From Flavobacteriales bacterium (GTDB lineage: Bacteria; Bacteroidota; Bacteroidia; Flavobacteriales_F; PHOS-HE28), in the NCBI GenBank assembly GCA_016712025.1, contig JADJRW010000007.1:289-64288 (forward strand): a DNA stretch of 64,000 bases, written 5' to 3'. Made by a program: the position numbers and the translations under genes. Positions 38,837 through 47,924 of the stretch are shown here, piece after piece (position 1 is the first letter of the stretch; the number at the start of each line of letters is the position of its first letter). The notes under the pieces are model-generated. The model saw only the letters and a program-made list of their open reading frames with translations, ran no database searches and was not told the origin of the DNA.

Positions 38837-39937
38837 CTACTTCAGCGCTGCGATCGCTCGCAGCCACGTCTGCGCCTTCTGTTCTGTTTCATCCCACTCC
38901 GCCTTCGGATCGCTATCCGCAACGATGCCTGCACCTACGTACAACACGGCTTCACCTTCGAACACCCTCATGCACCGGATGTTCACGAAAAGCTCGGTGA
39001 ACCCATCCGGGCTCCACGGTCCCCAGAATCCGGCATAGAGAGCCCGATCATGTTGCTCGTGGGCCGCGATGAACGTCTTGGCGGCCGCCTTGGGTGATCC
39101 GCAAACAGCGGGGGTGGGGTGCAATGCGAGCACAAGGTCCCCGAGCATCCGGTCGTCCAGGTCCGCATGGATGAAGGTCCGCAGGTGGGCCACCTGGCCC
39201 GCGTGCACAACGGTCGGCCCGCGTGCGATCACTTCTTTGAATTCGAGGTGCAGGAAGGTGTCGAGCACGCTTTCCGTTACCAGCATCTGTTCGTTGCGTT
39301 CCTTTTCGGACCAGGCGTGCGGCTCGGTCGGTGCGATCCCGATGGGCAGGGTCCCGGCGAGCGCATCCACGCGTACGCGGTCCTCCTCCTCGAACACAAG
39401 ATGCTCCGGCGAAGCACCGATCCAGGTACCGTGCAGGGGGGTATGTGCCAGTGCAACAAAGGCGTCCGGATGTTCGTGCATCGCATTGATGTACAGGTCG
39501 GGTAAGTGCGACCCGGCGAGCGGCGTATTGAGCGTGCGGGACAGTACCACCTTCTGCATCGCACCGCAGGCGATCGCGGATACGGCCGATTCGACAGCAT
39601 CTTGGAAGATCGACTCCTCTGTTGAGCGCGGTACAGCCTCGTTCGGGCCTGTGGAGCCCTCGCAGGCGTTCAGCAAAGCGATGTCTGGCCCCAGCTCACC
39701 GAAAAGGAGCTGTACATCGGAGCGGATGAACGGCACGCGATCGCTGGAAAGATCGAAGGGCGCGATCAGAAATGCTTCGTTCAGTTCGAGCATCAGCCCG
39801 CCGTCGATGAACTCCAGATCAGGGGTCCGTTGGGCCCAGATCTCAACCGGTTGGTCTGGTCGGCGGAAGGCCGCGAACGTGAGCCCTTTGCTCAGACAGC
39901 GGTGCAATGCCTCCCGGAGCTGGCCGTGATCGTTCAT
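38837..39937 (-). CDS. menF: Isochorismate synthase
   Basis: ORF 38837..39973 trimmed to ATG 39937 (MNDHGQLREAL...). Chorismate-binding domain: ...LHPTPAVCGSPK...ALYAGFWGPWSPDG...VNIRCM...YVGAGIVADSDPKAEWDETEQK. Confidence 0.85.
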   Translation of the reverse strand: MNDHGQLREALHRCLSKGLTFAAFRRPDQPVEIWAQRTPDLEFIDGGLMLELNEAFLIAPFDLSSDRVPFIRSDVQLLFGELGPDIALLNACEGSTGPNEAVPRSTEESIFQDAVESAVSAIACGAMQKVVLSRTLNTPLAGSHLPDLYINAMHEHPDAFVALAHTPLHGTWIGASPEHLVFEEEDRVRVDALAGTLPIGIAPTEPHAWSEKERNEQMLVTESVLDTFLHLEFKEVIARGPTVVHAGQVAHLRTFIHADLDDRMLGDLVLALHPTPAVCGSPKAAAKTFIAAHEQHDRALYAGFWGPWSPDGFTELFVNIRCMRVFEGEAVLYVGAGIVADSDPKAEWDETEQKAQTWLRAIAALK

Positions 39938-40356
39938 GGGCGTGGATCGATGATCATGTTCGTAAGGCGGCATACCGCCACCAATTCTTCACGTTCGTTC
40001 CTTACCCGTATGTCCCACACATGGGTTGTCCGCCCGCGATGCACCAATTCTCCGGTGGCGATCACTCGACCGTCGCGCACACCTTTCAGGTGGTTCACGT
40101 TCAGTTCGATCCCCACGGTGGTTTTTCCTCCGGGCACTACCGGGATCGCCGAACCGACGCTCCCCAAAGTCTCGGCCAGCGCTGCGGTCGCTCCGCCGTG
40201 CAACAACCCCGCAGGTTGGTGGGTGCGGTGGTCCACGGGCATCGAGGCGGTCAAGTGCCCCATCGCGTCCACTCCGAACCGAATATCCAAGTGGTCGACC
40301 AACGTATTGGGCCGAAAGCGCTCCGCCTGGACCACTTGGTGGGTAGTGAACAACAT
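39934..40356 (-). CDS. PaaI/YbdB-type hotdog thioesterase (likely 1,4-dihydroxy-2-naphthoyl-CoA hydrolase)
   Basis: ORF 39934..40467 trimmed to ATG 40356 (MLFTTHQVVQAERF...). It contains ...ASMPVDHRTHQPAGLLHGGATAALAETLGS...GRTTHVWDIRV. It is the first gene of the men operon, with an ATGA overlap onto menF. Confidence 0.7.
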   Translation of the reverse strand: MLFTTHQVVQAERFRPNTLVDHLDIRFGVDAMGHLTASMPVDHRTHQPAGLLHGGATAALAETLGSVGSAIPVVPGGKTTVGIELNVNHLKGVRDGRVIATGELVHRGRTTHVWDIRVRNEREELVAVCRLTNMIIDPRP

Positions 40357-41092
40357 GGCCCAAAGGTACCTGACCGCGATATTTGATCCCGTGCAGGAAC
40401 AAGTAAAGAAGTACCGGCTGCTCTTGGTGGAGGATGAGGAAGGGCTTCGGCAGACCCTGCGGCTCAATTTGGAACTCGAGGGTTACCATGTTACCACGGC
40501 CACGACCGGCCCGGAGGCCTTGGAGAAGTTACGCGGCGCTCGATTCGACGGGGCGATAATGGACGTGATGCTGCCGGGTATCGATGGCTTCGCGGTTTGT
40601 GAGACCGCCCGTTTGGAAGGCGATCGGACACCGGTTCTCTTCCTCACCGCGCGCACTGCGCCCGCCGATAGGCTCCGAAGCTTGCGGCTAGGTGACGATC
40701 ACTTGGGCAAGCCGTTCGAGGTGGAGGAGGTGCTGCTCCGTGTGGGAAAAGTGGTTCGGCGCTATGGGGGGCAGGGAATAGAAAAGGCGACCGAGCGGTA
40801 CGCTTTCGGCGCGAACACCATCGATTTCGCATCGTTCGAGGCGATCGGCCTGGGCGGGAAGCGAAAACTCTCCCAACGGGAGGCCATGCTCCTCCGCCTG
40901 TTGACCGAACGGGAAGGTGAGGTGGTGTCCCGCGAGGAGATCCTGCAGAAAGTTTGGGGCTACGATGTTTTCCCCACCACGCGTACCATCGACAACTTCA
41001 TCGTCGTGTTCCGCAAGCTCTTCGAGCCGGACCCGCGCACACCCCGCCATTTTCTTTCGATAAGAGGCGTTGGTTACCGGTTCGATCGCTAG
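40355..41092 (+). CDS. OmpR/PhoB-family response regulator (receiver plus winged-helix); no adjacent histidine kinase
   Basis: Tail of ORF 39830..41092: KKYRLLLVEDEEGLRQTLRLNLELEGYHV...AIMDVMLPGIDGF...PVLFLTAR...GDDHLGKPFEVEELLLRV...TRTIDNFIVVFRKLFE...IRGVGYRFDR. The start is ATG 40355 or, alternatively, GTG 40391. Confidence 0.85.
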   Translation: MAQRYLTAIFDPVQEQVKKYRLLLVEDEEGLRQTLRLNLELEGYHVTTATTGPEALEKLRGARFDGAIMDVMLPGIDGFAVCETARLEGDRTPVLFLTARTAPADRLRSLRLGDDHLGKPFEVEEVLLRVGKVVRRYGGQGIEKATERYAFGANTIDFASFEAIGLGGKRKLSQREAMLLRLLTEREGEVVSREEILQKVWGYDVFPTTRTIDNFIVVFRKLFEPDPRTPRHFLSIRGVGYRFDR

Positions 41093-41212
41093 TGCCCCTA
41101 ACGGTAGGAGCGGGATGGCAACCCTTTTTCCAAAGCTGCGTCTTGCTATCGTCAGCGGGACATCTTCCCCCTACTGACATTGGTTCCATTAATTCCTTGC
41201 AGGTTTACCGCG

Positions 41213-41234
41213 CAGGGGTCCGCAAGGGCCCCTG
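41213..41234 (+). other. Stable hairpin with a GNRA tetraloop (c-aggggtcc-GCAA-gggcccct-g) in a 330-bp non-coding leader
   Basis: Read directly: 9 bp including one G:U, loop GCAA, followed by ttcggtttataggtggtttg. It lies 120 nt downstream of the response-regulator stop and 190 nt upstream of the next ATG. Confidence 0.35.
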
Positions 41235-41425
41235 TTCGGTTTATAGGTGGTTTGTACCATCCGGCCGGTAGTATCCCCCGATGGTCGAAAAGAGAGGAGG
41301 GTCGCCTTGCATTGCCCATGCCCTTCGATGTACCTTCGGCCTCACCTTCGGTAAAGTTCCCGGAACGGGCAACCAGAACGAAGTAAGCACGACTACGTAT
41401 CAAGCACGCACGAACACCTAGGAAC

Positions 41426-42205
41426 ATGATGAACTCTTCTACCCTCCGCACATTCGGACCAGCCCTGTTGATGGGTTCCTGTTCACTGCTCTCGGCGCAG
41501 AGCCCTGTGGACATAGGTCTCCATGCCAACAATGGTCAGTTGGAAGTGCATATGCGACCATCGGCTGATTTCGATGGCATCCTTTCCTCCACGGTGTTCA
41601 CCCTGCGCTGGGAGAACAGCGCGAACATCGAACTGGGCGAGCCTACCCAACCGAACGGCCCGGCTACGTACATCCCCATTGCCCAGTCTGGCGCGGTGCG
41701 GGATGCAGGTACCTTCAGCTACATGGTCTTCGCTGGCTTTGGTTTTGAACCGATCCGGAACACTGGGGCAGCCTGGGAGGCGGGTAAGGAGTACACCGTG
41801 TTGAGCATTCCTTTCTCTGGGGATGCGGCGGTGGAGCTGGTCAATGACAATTGGACCAACGAGGTGACCAACAACGCCGATTACTACGTTTCGATGGGTG
41901 GCCAAGATGCCACGGGCGCCATTTACCAGAAATCGATCACGGCTTCTGAACAGGACGGGGCCGTCACTATACTGCCGAACCCGAACGATGGTCAATTCAT
42001 GTTCTCGTTCCTGGTGGCAACACCTTCGGATCTCCAGGTTGACGTGGTGAACACCTTGGGCCAAAGCATCTTCACCGATGCGCAGCGCGGCTTTGAGGGT
42101 ACGTACCGCAAGGAGATGGACATCCGCACCGAAAGCAACGGGATATACTACCTGAAGGTCAGCCGGAACGGTGACGTGGGTGTACACAAGATCGTGTATC
42201 GCTGA
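41426..42205 (+). CDS. Secreted protein of unknown function with a T9SS type-A C-terminal sorting domain
   Basis: Signal peptide MMNSSTLRTFGPALLMGSCSLLSAQ. The C-terminus ...VTILPNPNDGQFMFSF...VDVVNTLGQSIF...GIYYLKVSRNGDVGVHKIVYR fits the Por_Secre_tail pattern. Confidence 0.65.
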   Translation: MMNSSTLRTFGPALLMGSCSLLSAQSPVDIGLHANNGQLEVHMRPSADFDGILSSTVFTLRWENSANIELGEPTQPNGPATYIPIAQSGAVRDAGTFSYMVFAGFGFEPIRNTGAAWEAGKEYTVLSIPFSGDAAVELVNDNWTNEVTNNADYYVSMGGQDATGAIYQKSITASEQDGAVTILPNPNDGQFMFSFLVATPSDLQVDVVNTLGQSIFTDAQRGFEGTYRKEMDIRTESNGIYYLKVSRNGDVGVHKIVYR

Positions 42206-42225
42206 TCCTTTGGTCATAGCACCAC

Positions 42226-42250
42226 CGAAGGGGCGCCCATGGCGCCCCTT
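42226..42250. terminator. Perfect 11-bp stem / 3-nt loop GC-rich hairpin between convergent genes
   Basis: gaaggggcgcc-cat-ggcgccccttc, 21 nt after the 42205 stop and 24 nt before the convergent 42274 stop. This is a bidirectional terminator candidate, although it lacks a clear U-tract. Confidence 0.6.
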
Positions 42251-42273
42251 CATCGTTCTGGACCGAACTGGTA

Positions 42274-45010
42274 TTAGGTCATGCAGATCTTGCAGTAATG
42301 GCTTGCTGGTTCGTGGCGGAAGGGGACGTCCGGGTCGCACATGCGCTCGACCAGTCCGCCGATGATCGCGGTGATAGCGGGTAGTTGAGCGCGTTGGATC
42401 CGCTCCTCGCCCGCGACGAGCAAGGGGATCCCTTCTCCCGATCCGCTGCTCCGCAATGGCAGGATCGAGGCGCGGACGCACGGAACGTCCGGGTTATTGT
42501 TCAAATAGAGCCAGCTGTAAACAAGGAGCTGCAACGCTTTGGCGTGTCGCGCATCGATACCCTCCACGTCCAGCGATCTCAAACTCAACTCACTGGGATC
42601 GGCCATGCCGGTTTTCATATCCACCAAGTTCACCATCCCCTGGCGCGCGTCTATCCGGTCTATTCGACCCTTTACGCGAAATGGCCGCGATGCGGAGCCA
42701 CCACCACCACGGGGCACCCGATGATCCAGCGGCGTCTCGAGTCCGAGGAGGAGAATATCCTTGCCCGTTCCGAGGTGCCGAACTTCGGTCAACACAGCCC
42801 TTTCAAGGGCATGCTGGGCCATGCCGAGCTGCAGAAGTGGCGGCCCGGCCGTGGCCGAAGTGCCGGATGGAAGATTGGCGCGCAGCAGTATCGCGATATC
42901 CTTCACCGACCCCTCCAGGGCGACCGGGTCGATCTGCTTGCCGAGAAAGGGCCGGTAGAGCTGCTCCAACGACGTATGCACAAGGGTGCCAACCTCGTTG
43001 TTGCCCAGGCTCGCACTTCGTTCCTCCGTTTCCGGGACACGCAAGAGGTACCGATAGTAGTAGTCGAGCGGACAGCGCAGAAAGCTGGATAATGCTGAAG
43101 GGCTCAACCCGTGTTCCGCATGTTCCTCAATGCCTGCCAACACTGCGGGCGTCTTGGCCAGGTCGCGCGGCGGGTGGCGCCCTTCGGGCATGGCCGGGCG
43201 AAGCGCGGAACGGTGGAATTGGTTCGTTGCAACGGGGGAAAGTTCATGATCGAGCTGTGTGATGAAACGACTTCGCTCTTTCTCTGCCTGTCCATCATCC
43301 ACAAAGAGCAGGACCACCTCTCGGGTGTGGTGCAGGATCCTGTAGAAACCATAGGCCGCGATGGCGTCCGCATCGGATCTTGACGGAAGTCCGTAAGCCA
43401 TCCGTAGGTCTCCGGGGATGAAACTCATCCGTACGTCAGTCGGTGGAAGATGGCCTTCGTTCGCGCCCAGCAAGATCAGCCGGTGGTGGTCGGTCGCACG
43501 TGATTCCAGCATGCCGATGACCTGCAGGCCCTGCAAGGGTTCCCCGGAGAGGGTCAGTTGCGTGCTGCGCAGCAGGCGTCCCAAGAGTTGGTGGTAGGTC
43601 TGCATGTTCGCTTTGTACCCGGCGCGGTCCAATGCGTGTCGGACCTCATCCAGAACAACGGCCGTTCGATAGGCTTGTTCGAGCGCGAAAGGATCCGTGC
43701 AAAGTACCTGCACGGCTCGAAGCAGGTCGAGAAGCCGCTGATGCACATCCTCATCGCGGGCCGACAACGGGGAAAGTGACCGCACAAGGGGCTCGATGGG
43801 ACCAACATCGATGCCCTCGGTCGGAAGCAGCGCGTGAAGGTGTGTTCTGTCCTGGCGCGAACGCTTCAATTCGCCCCGAAGAGTTCGGAGCGTTGCCGCG
43901 TTCTGCCAGATGGAATGGCCGCACCAAGCCAAGAGATCCGAGACGCGGTACCCCGATCTTTCGTCGTGATCGTGCAGCAAACGGAGATGCAGATCGACCA
44001 GTGAGGTCAAGGGAAGATCGGTTAGCGGCAGGCCCATGCTCACGGTAACCGGACCGGTATCCGCCGGGAGCATGGCGAGCAACGGCAAGAGGAGCTGCTG
44101 ATCGGCGAGCACAAGGCATGTGCGCGCACGCTCTTCGATGCTCAAGGCCATGATACGTGCGACAGCGGCCTGCACTTCGGAAATGGTATCAGGAAGCGCT
44201 ACCAGCTCGATCGAAGGAGGGGAGGTGCGGATCAGATCCGATGCGGCTACAAGACCGGGGCCGAGACTGCGCTGCGCGAGCCGGAGGAAGTGCCCTGCTT
44301 CCATCATTGGGTCATCCAGATAGTACTGGTCCGCGTCCCAGATGATCCGGCTTTTTCCAACACGCGTGAACGCTTCTATCACACGCTGCACGGCCGGGAC
44401 CAACGCGTACAGTCCCACGAACCACACGGCCTCCCAGCGTGTGCTATTGGCACATGCTGATGCTTTACGTGCGGCTTCCCTGGCGAGCCCACCCGCCGTG
44501 GCCACGCCTATCGCCGCTGCTCCCTCAGCGAGGCCTCTATGCAGTTCACCATGATGTGCCCAATGTGTAGCCAGCCGTTGCTGGCCCTCGCTCAAGGATC
44601 CTCCCTTGTAGCTCCAGGCATCGATCTCCCTCGATATGGACCAGGTCGCGGTAGATCAGCGCGGGATCGATCAGATGTTCATCCACCTCGTTCATGTCGT
44701 GCAACGCGGTCGGGGCCCAGAGCAGGAAATCGTGCAGAGGTTCGGCCGATGCGCCTTTCAATGCCGCGTGGACCGCGTGCAGTTCGAGCAGGGCGCAGTG
44801 CTCGGGCATTTCCTCCAATTCGGCCACTGCGGCCAGGAACGACCTCGTGGTGAAGATCTCCGGGCTCCAGAGCGGGCCGCCGTGCAGTTCGGCCAAATGC
44901 CTGCGTAAATGCACAGCGGCCCTCTGGTTGGGGAGCATTACCGCGACCTTTCGGAGGTCCGCGCCGTGGGTGCGAAGCAACAGGTCGGCGAGGGTGCGGG
45001 TGAGTTCCAT
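42274..45010 (-). CDS. AddB-like PD-(D/E)XK nuclease family protein (~910 aa), with one apparent frameshift
   Basis: ORF 44546..45010 (MELTRTLADLLLRTHGADLRKVAVMLPNQRAAVHLRRHL...) and ORF 42274..44595 are one protein. The join is near 44626-44633 (...YRDLVHIE / EIDAWSYKGGSLSEGQQRLATHW...). A RecB-like nuclease lies at the C-terminus (...VNLVDMKTG...QLLVYSWL...), followed by a Cys-containing tail (...HYCKICMT). Confidence 0.75.
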
Positions 45011-45051
45011 TGTGGCGGGCTGCGCAAATTAGCAGCCCCGCTCCCCGTCCC

Positions 45052-45288
45052 ATGGAAGAATTCCCACTTTACCGTCGCTCCGCCTCAGGCGGGAATTATT
45101 ACCGGATCGAAGCGGTGGACCGTTTCGTGGAAGTCCAATTGGTCGGTTCCAAGGTGTTGCGCCACGACGTGATCGCCGGCGCCTATCCAGAACGGGTGCT
45201 GGTGCAGGATATGATCTTGTGCGCCCATGGCGCCTTCGCGCCGATCGACGCCCGCGAGTTCGACGCGGCCCTGGCCCGGACCAGTTAG
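45052..45288 (+). CDS. Small hypothetical protein (78 aa)
   Basis: ORF 45010..45288 trimmed to ATG 45052 (MEEFPLYRRSASGGNYYRIEAVDRFVEVQLVGSKVLRHD...). Most third codon positions are G/C by eye, which is compatible with coding. I recognised no family. Confidence 0.4.
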   Translation: MEEFPLYRRSASGGNYYRIEAVDRFVEVQLVGSKVLRHDVIAGAYPERVLVQDMILCAHGAFAPIDAREFDAALARTS

Positions 45289-45361
45289 GATCCGACCAAG
45301 ATCGAGGGCACAAATGTGCCAGGGAGCAACGTTGCGGAGTATCTTGTCGTCCATCAAGAGC

Positions 45362-47488
45362 ATGGTGCGCGCATTGGCATCGGTCCTGTCGCTTGGCCTC
45401 GTCTCGGGGCTCATGGCCACGCACATCATCGGCGGGGAGATCTACTACGCGCATCAAGGCGGTGATCAGTACCTGTTCACCTTGAAGCTCTTCCGCGATT
45501 GTGGGCCGAACAATGTGAACGGCACCGGCTACGATGCCAACGCGGAGTTGGGCGTTTTCGACGGCAGCGGCAACTACCTGTTCTCGGAGTTCATCCCTTT
45601 CCCGGGTGCTACGGCCGTTCCAGTGGTACTGAACAATCCTTGCCTTACGGCCCCTCCGTCCATTTGCGTGGAAGCTGCGGAGTACAGTGCGGTGCTAGAC
45701 CTGCCGCCCATTCCAGGAGGATATTGGGTGAGCTACCAACGCTGTTGCAGAACCCCGAGCATCTTGAACGTCATTGTGCCGGACGATCAAGGGCTCACCT
45801 GCACCGTAGCCGTGCCCGATGCCAATCTCGTCGGAGCGAACAGTAGCCCAGCGTTCACCGACTATCCCCCGATCGCGCTGTGCGTTGGTCAGAACATGGT
45901 GTTCGATAACAGCGCCACCGATGCCGACGGCGATCTGTTGGTCTACGAACTCTGCACGCCATACAATGGCGGCGATCCGCTCAACGCGATCCCAAGTCCC
46001 CCCTCCGGTCCGCCGTATCAGTTCATTCCATGGGCGCCGGGGTACTCGCAGAATTTCCCCATGGATGCGGCACCTCCGTTGGCGATCGATCCGGTTACCG
46101 GTGAACTGAGTGTCACACCGTCCCAGACGGGCAGTTACGTTGTTGGTGTTTGTGTAAAGGAGTTCCGGAACGGGGTGATGTTGAGCGAAGTGCGCCGCGA
46201 CTTCCGTTTCGATGCCGTGCCGTGCCTCGTCACGGTGCTCAGTTCCATCCAGCAACAGCAGGTCTTTTGCGATGGTTATACGGTGAACATGGTGAACCAG
46301 AGCGTCGGGGGCAGTTCCTATCTCTGGGACTTCGGTGTTTCGGGCACGAACAGTGACACCTCTTCATTGACCGCGCCGAGCTATGTATATCCGGATACGG
46401 GTATCTATTCCGTGATGCTGGTGGTGAATCCGGGATGGTCATGCTCGGACACCTCGTTCGCGTCGTTCCAGATCTATCCGCCGCTCTCACCCTCGTTCGT
46501 CCCACCTCCCATACAATGCCTTGGTGGGGCGCCGGTGCCACTTTCGGCCTTGGGTAATTTCACAAGCACGGCGAATGTGCAATGGGACCTGGGCGCGAAC
46601 GGTAACCCGAACCAGCTGCAAGGCGCGAATATCCTAGCAGCCTTCACGCAACCGGGTGCACAAGTGGTTACACTCACCATGAGCGATCATGGCTGCACGG
46701 ACAGCTACACCGATACGGTCCAGGTATTTCCTCCGCCCGTGCCGCTCTTCAGCACGGACACCGCGGGTTGCACGGATCTGGTCGTGACCTTCGACAATCA
46801 AAGCACGGCTTGGACACCAATGCGCTTCCTATGGGACCTCGGGGACGGCACCAGTTCCACGGATGCGACACCAACACACAGTTACACGACCACCGGTGCG
46901 TTCGATGTGCGGCTTGAGGTTTCCACGGACAGTGGATGCATCGCGACCGTTGCGTTGTTGCGACAAGCCGTGGTGACCGCTTGGGTGCAACCGGTAGCAG
47001 GGCTCTACGTGACGGATCCTGTGGTGAACGTGTTGGAACCGGAGATGACGGTCCATGACGCATCGCAAGGCGCGACCGGATGGACGTACACCGCGGAAGG
47101 AGTGACCTATACCACCCCGACGTTCACGCATCCGTTCGATGAAGCGGGCACGTTCGATATCCTACAAGTGGTAACCAGCGGCTTGGGTTGTGTGGACAGC
47201 GCGCGGATATCGGTGACAGTGACGGGAAGTTTGTTCTTCGCACCGAACGCTTTCACACCGGACGGAGATGGCGTGAACGATGTGTTCTTACCCCGCGTGG
47301 TGGGTGCCAGGGAGTATGACTTAGCCGTGTTCGACCGGTGGGGAGAACGCATCTTCCATACGCAGGACCCCAAGGCCGGTTGGGATGGAGGAGCAGGGGT
47401 GAACGGCGTTTATGTGTACAAGGCGTGGCTCGCGGAGCACGGTCCCGAGCGGTTCGAATACGTGGGGACCATCACGCTGGTGCGCTGA
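45362..47488 (+). CDS. Cell-surface adhesin-like protein with PKD-like repeats and a T9SS type-B (gliding-motility-associated) C-terminal domain
   Basis: ORF 45227..47488 trimmed to ATG 45362 (signal MVRALASVLSLGLVSGLMA). The N-terminal region is Cys-rich. The C-terminus ...FFAPNAFTPDGDGVNDVFLP...YDLAVFDRWGERIFHTQD...GWDG...GVYVYKA...GTITLVR matches the TIGR04131-type domain. Confidence 0.8.
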   Translation: MVRALASVLSLGLVSGLMATHIIGGEIYYAHQGGDQYLFTLKLFRDCGPNNVNGTGYDANAELGVFDGSGNYLFSEFIPFPGATAVPVVLNNPCLTAPPSICVEAAEYSAVLDLPPIPGGYWVSYQRCCRTPSILNVIVPDDQGLTCTVAVPDANLVGANSSPAFTDYPPIALCVGQNMVFDNSATDADGDLLVYELCTPYNGGDPLNAIPSPPSGPPYQFIPWAPGYSQNFPMDAAPPLAIDPVTGELSVTPSQTGSYVVGVCVKEFRNGVMLSEVRRDFRFDAVPCLVTVLSSIQQQQVFCDGYTVNMVNQSVGGSSYLWDFGVSGTNSDTSSLTAPSYVYPDTGIYSVMLVVNPGWSCSDTSFASFQIYPPLSPSFVPPPIQCLGGAPVPLSALGNFTSTANVQWDLGANGNPNQLQGANILAAFTQPGAQVVTLTMSDHGCTDSYTDTVQVFPPPVPLFSTDTAGCTDLVVTFDNQSTAWTPMRFLWDLGDGTSSTDATPTHSYTTTGAFDVRLEVSTDSGCIATVALLRQAVVTAWVQPVAGLYVTDPVVNVLEPEMTVHDASQGATGWTYTAEGVTYTTPTFTHPFDEAGTFDILQVVTSGLGCVDSARISVTVTGSLFFAPNAFTPDGDGVNDVFLPRVVGAREYDLAVFDRWGERIFHTQDPKAGWDGGAGVNGVYVYKAWLAEHGPERFEYVGTITLVR

Positions 47489-47921
47489 GCACCATATCCA
47501 CATGTGGTATGCCATCCAAGAGATGGTCGGCACCGTGGCGCACGAACCCATGCGCGGCATAGAAGCGTTCGAGATGGGATTGTGCTTCCAACTTTGATCG
47601 GCGACTGCCATAAGTCCGCTCGATCGCGGCAAGCGCCTCGCGCATCAGTTCATGCCCGGTCCCGCTGCCACGCTCCACAGGATCGATCACCACGCGGCCG
47701 ATGATCGGGAGGCCATCCGAAGCGGGCGGAAGGATACGAGCGTACGCGGTCAACGCACCGGAAATGGAGACACCGAGAAGATGGAGCGCGGTCGCATCCT
47801 TACCGTCGAGGTCGCCATAAACGCAGTTCTGCTCCACTACGAAAACCTCGGACCGTAAACGCAGCAGGTCATAGAGTTGGTCGTTGGTCAGCGCGCGGAA
47901 AGTGAGCAGTGTCCAGTGCAT
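47472..47921 (-). CDS. GNAT family N-acetyltransferase (ElaA-like)
   Basis: MHWTLLTFRALTNDQLYDLLRLRSEVFVVEQNCVYGDLDGKD...IGRVVIDPVERGSGTGHELM...FYAAHGFV. This is the ElaA pattern. Confidence 0.8.
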   Translation of the reverse strand: MHWTLLTFRALTNDQLYDLLRLRSEVFVVEQNCVYGDLDGKDATALHLLGVSISGALTAYARILPPASDGLPIIGRVVIDPVERGSGTGHELMREALAAIERTYGSRRSKLEAQSHLERFYAAHGFVRHGADHLLDGIPHVDMVLSAPA

Positions 47922-47924
47922 GGG

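Noticed and set aside
41093-41425. tRNA, tmRNA or SRP RNA in the long spacers (also checked at 62431-62900 and 28955-29150).
   Set aside because: I found no T-loop consensus (GGTTCGAATCC-like), no tmRNA tag or 3' CCA-acceptor mimic, and no SRP domain IV GGAA/AGCA loop pattern. The cccggaacggg hairpin only superficially resembles the SRP apical loop.
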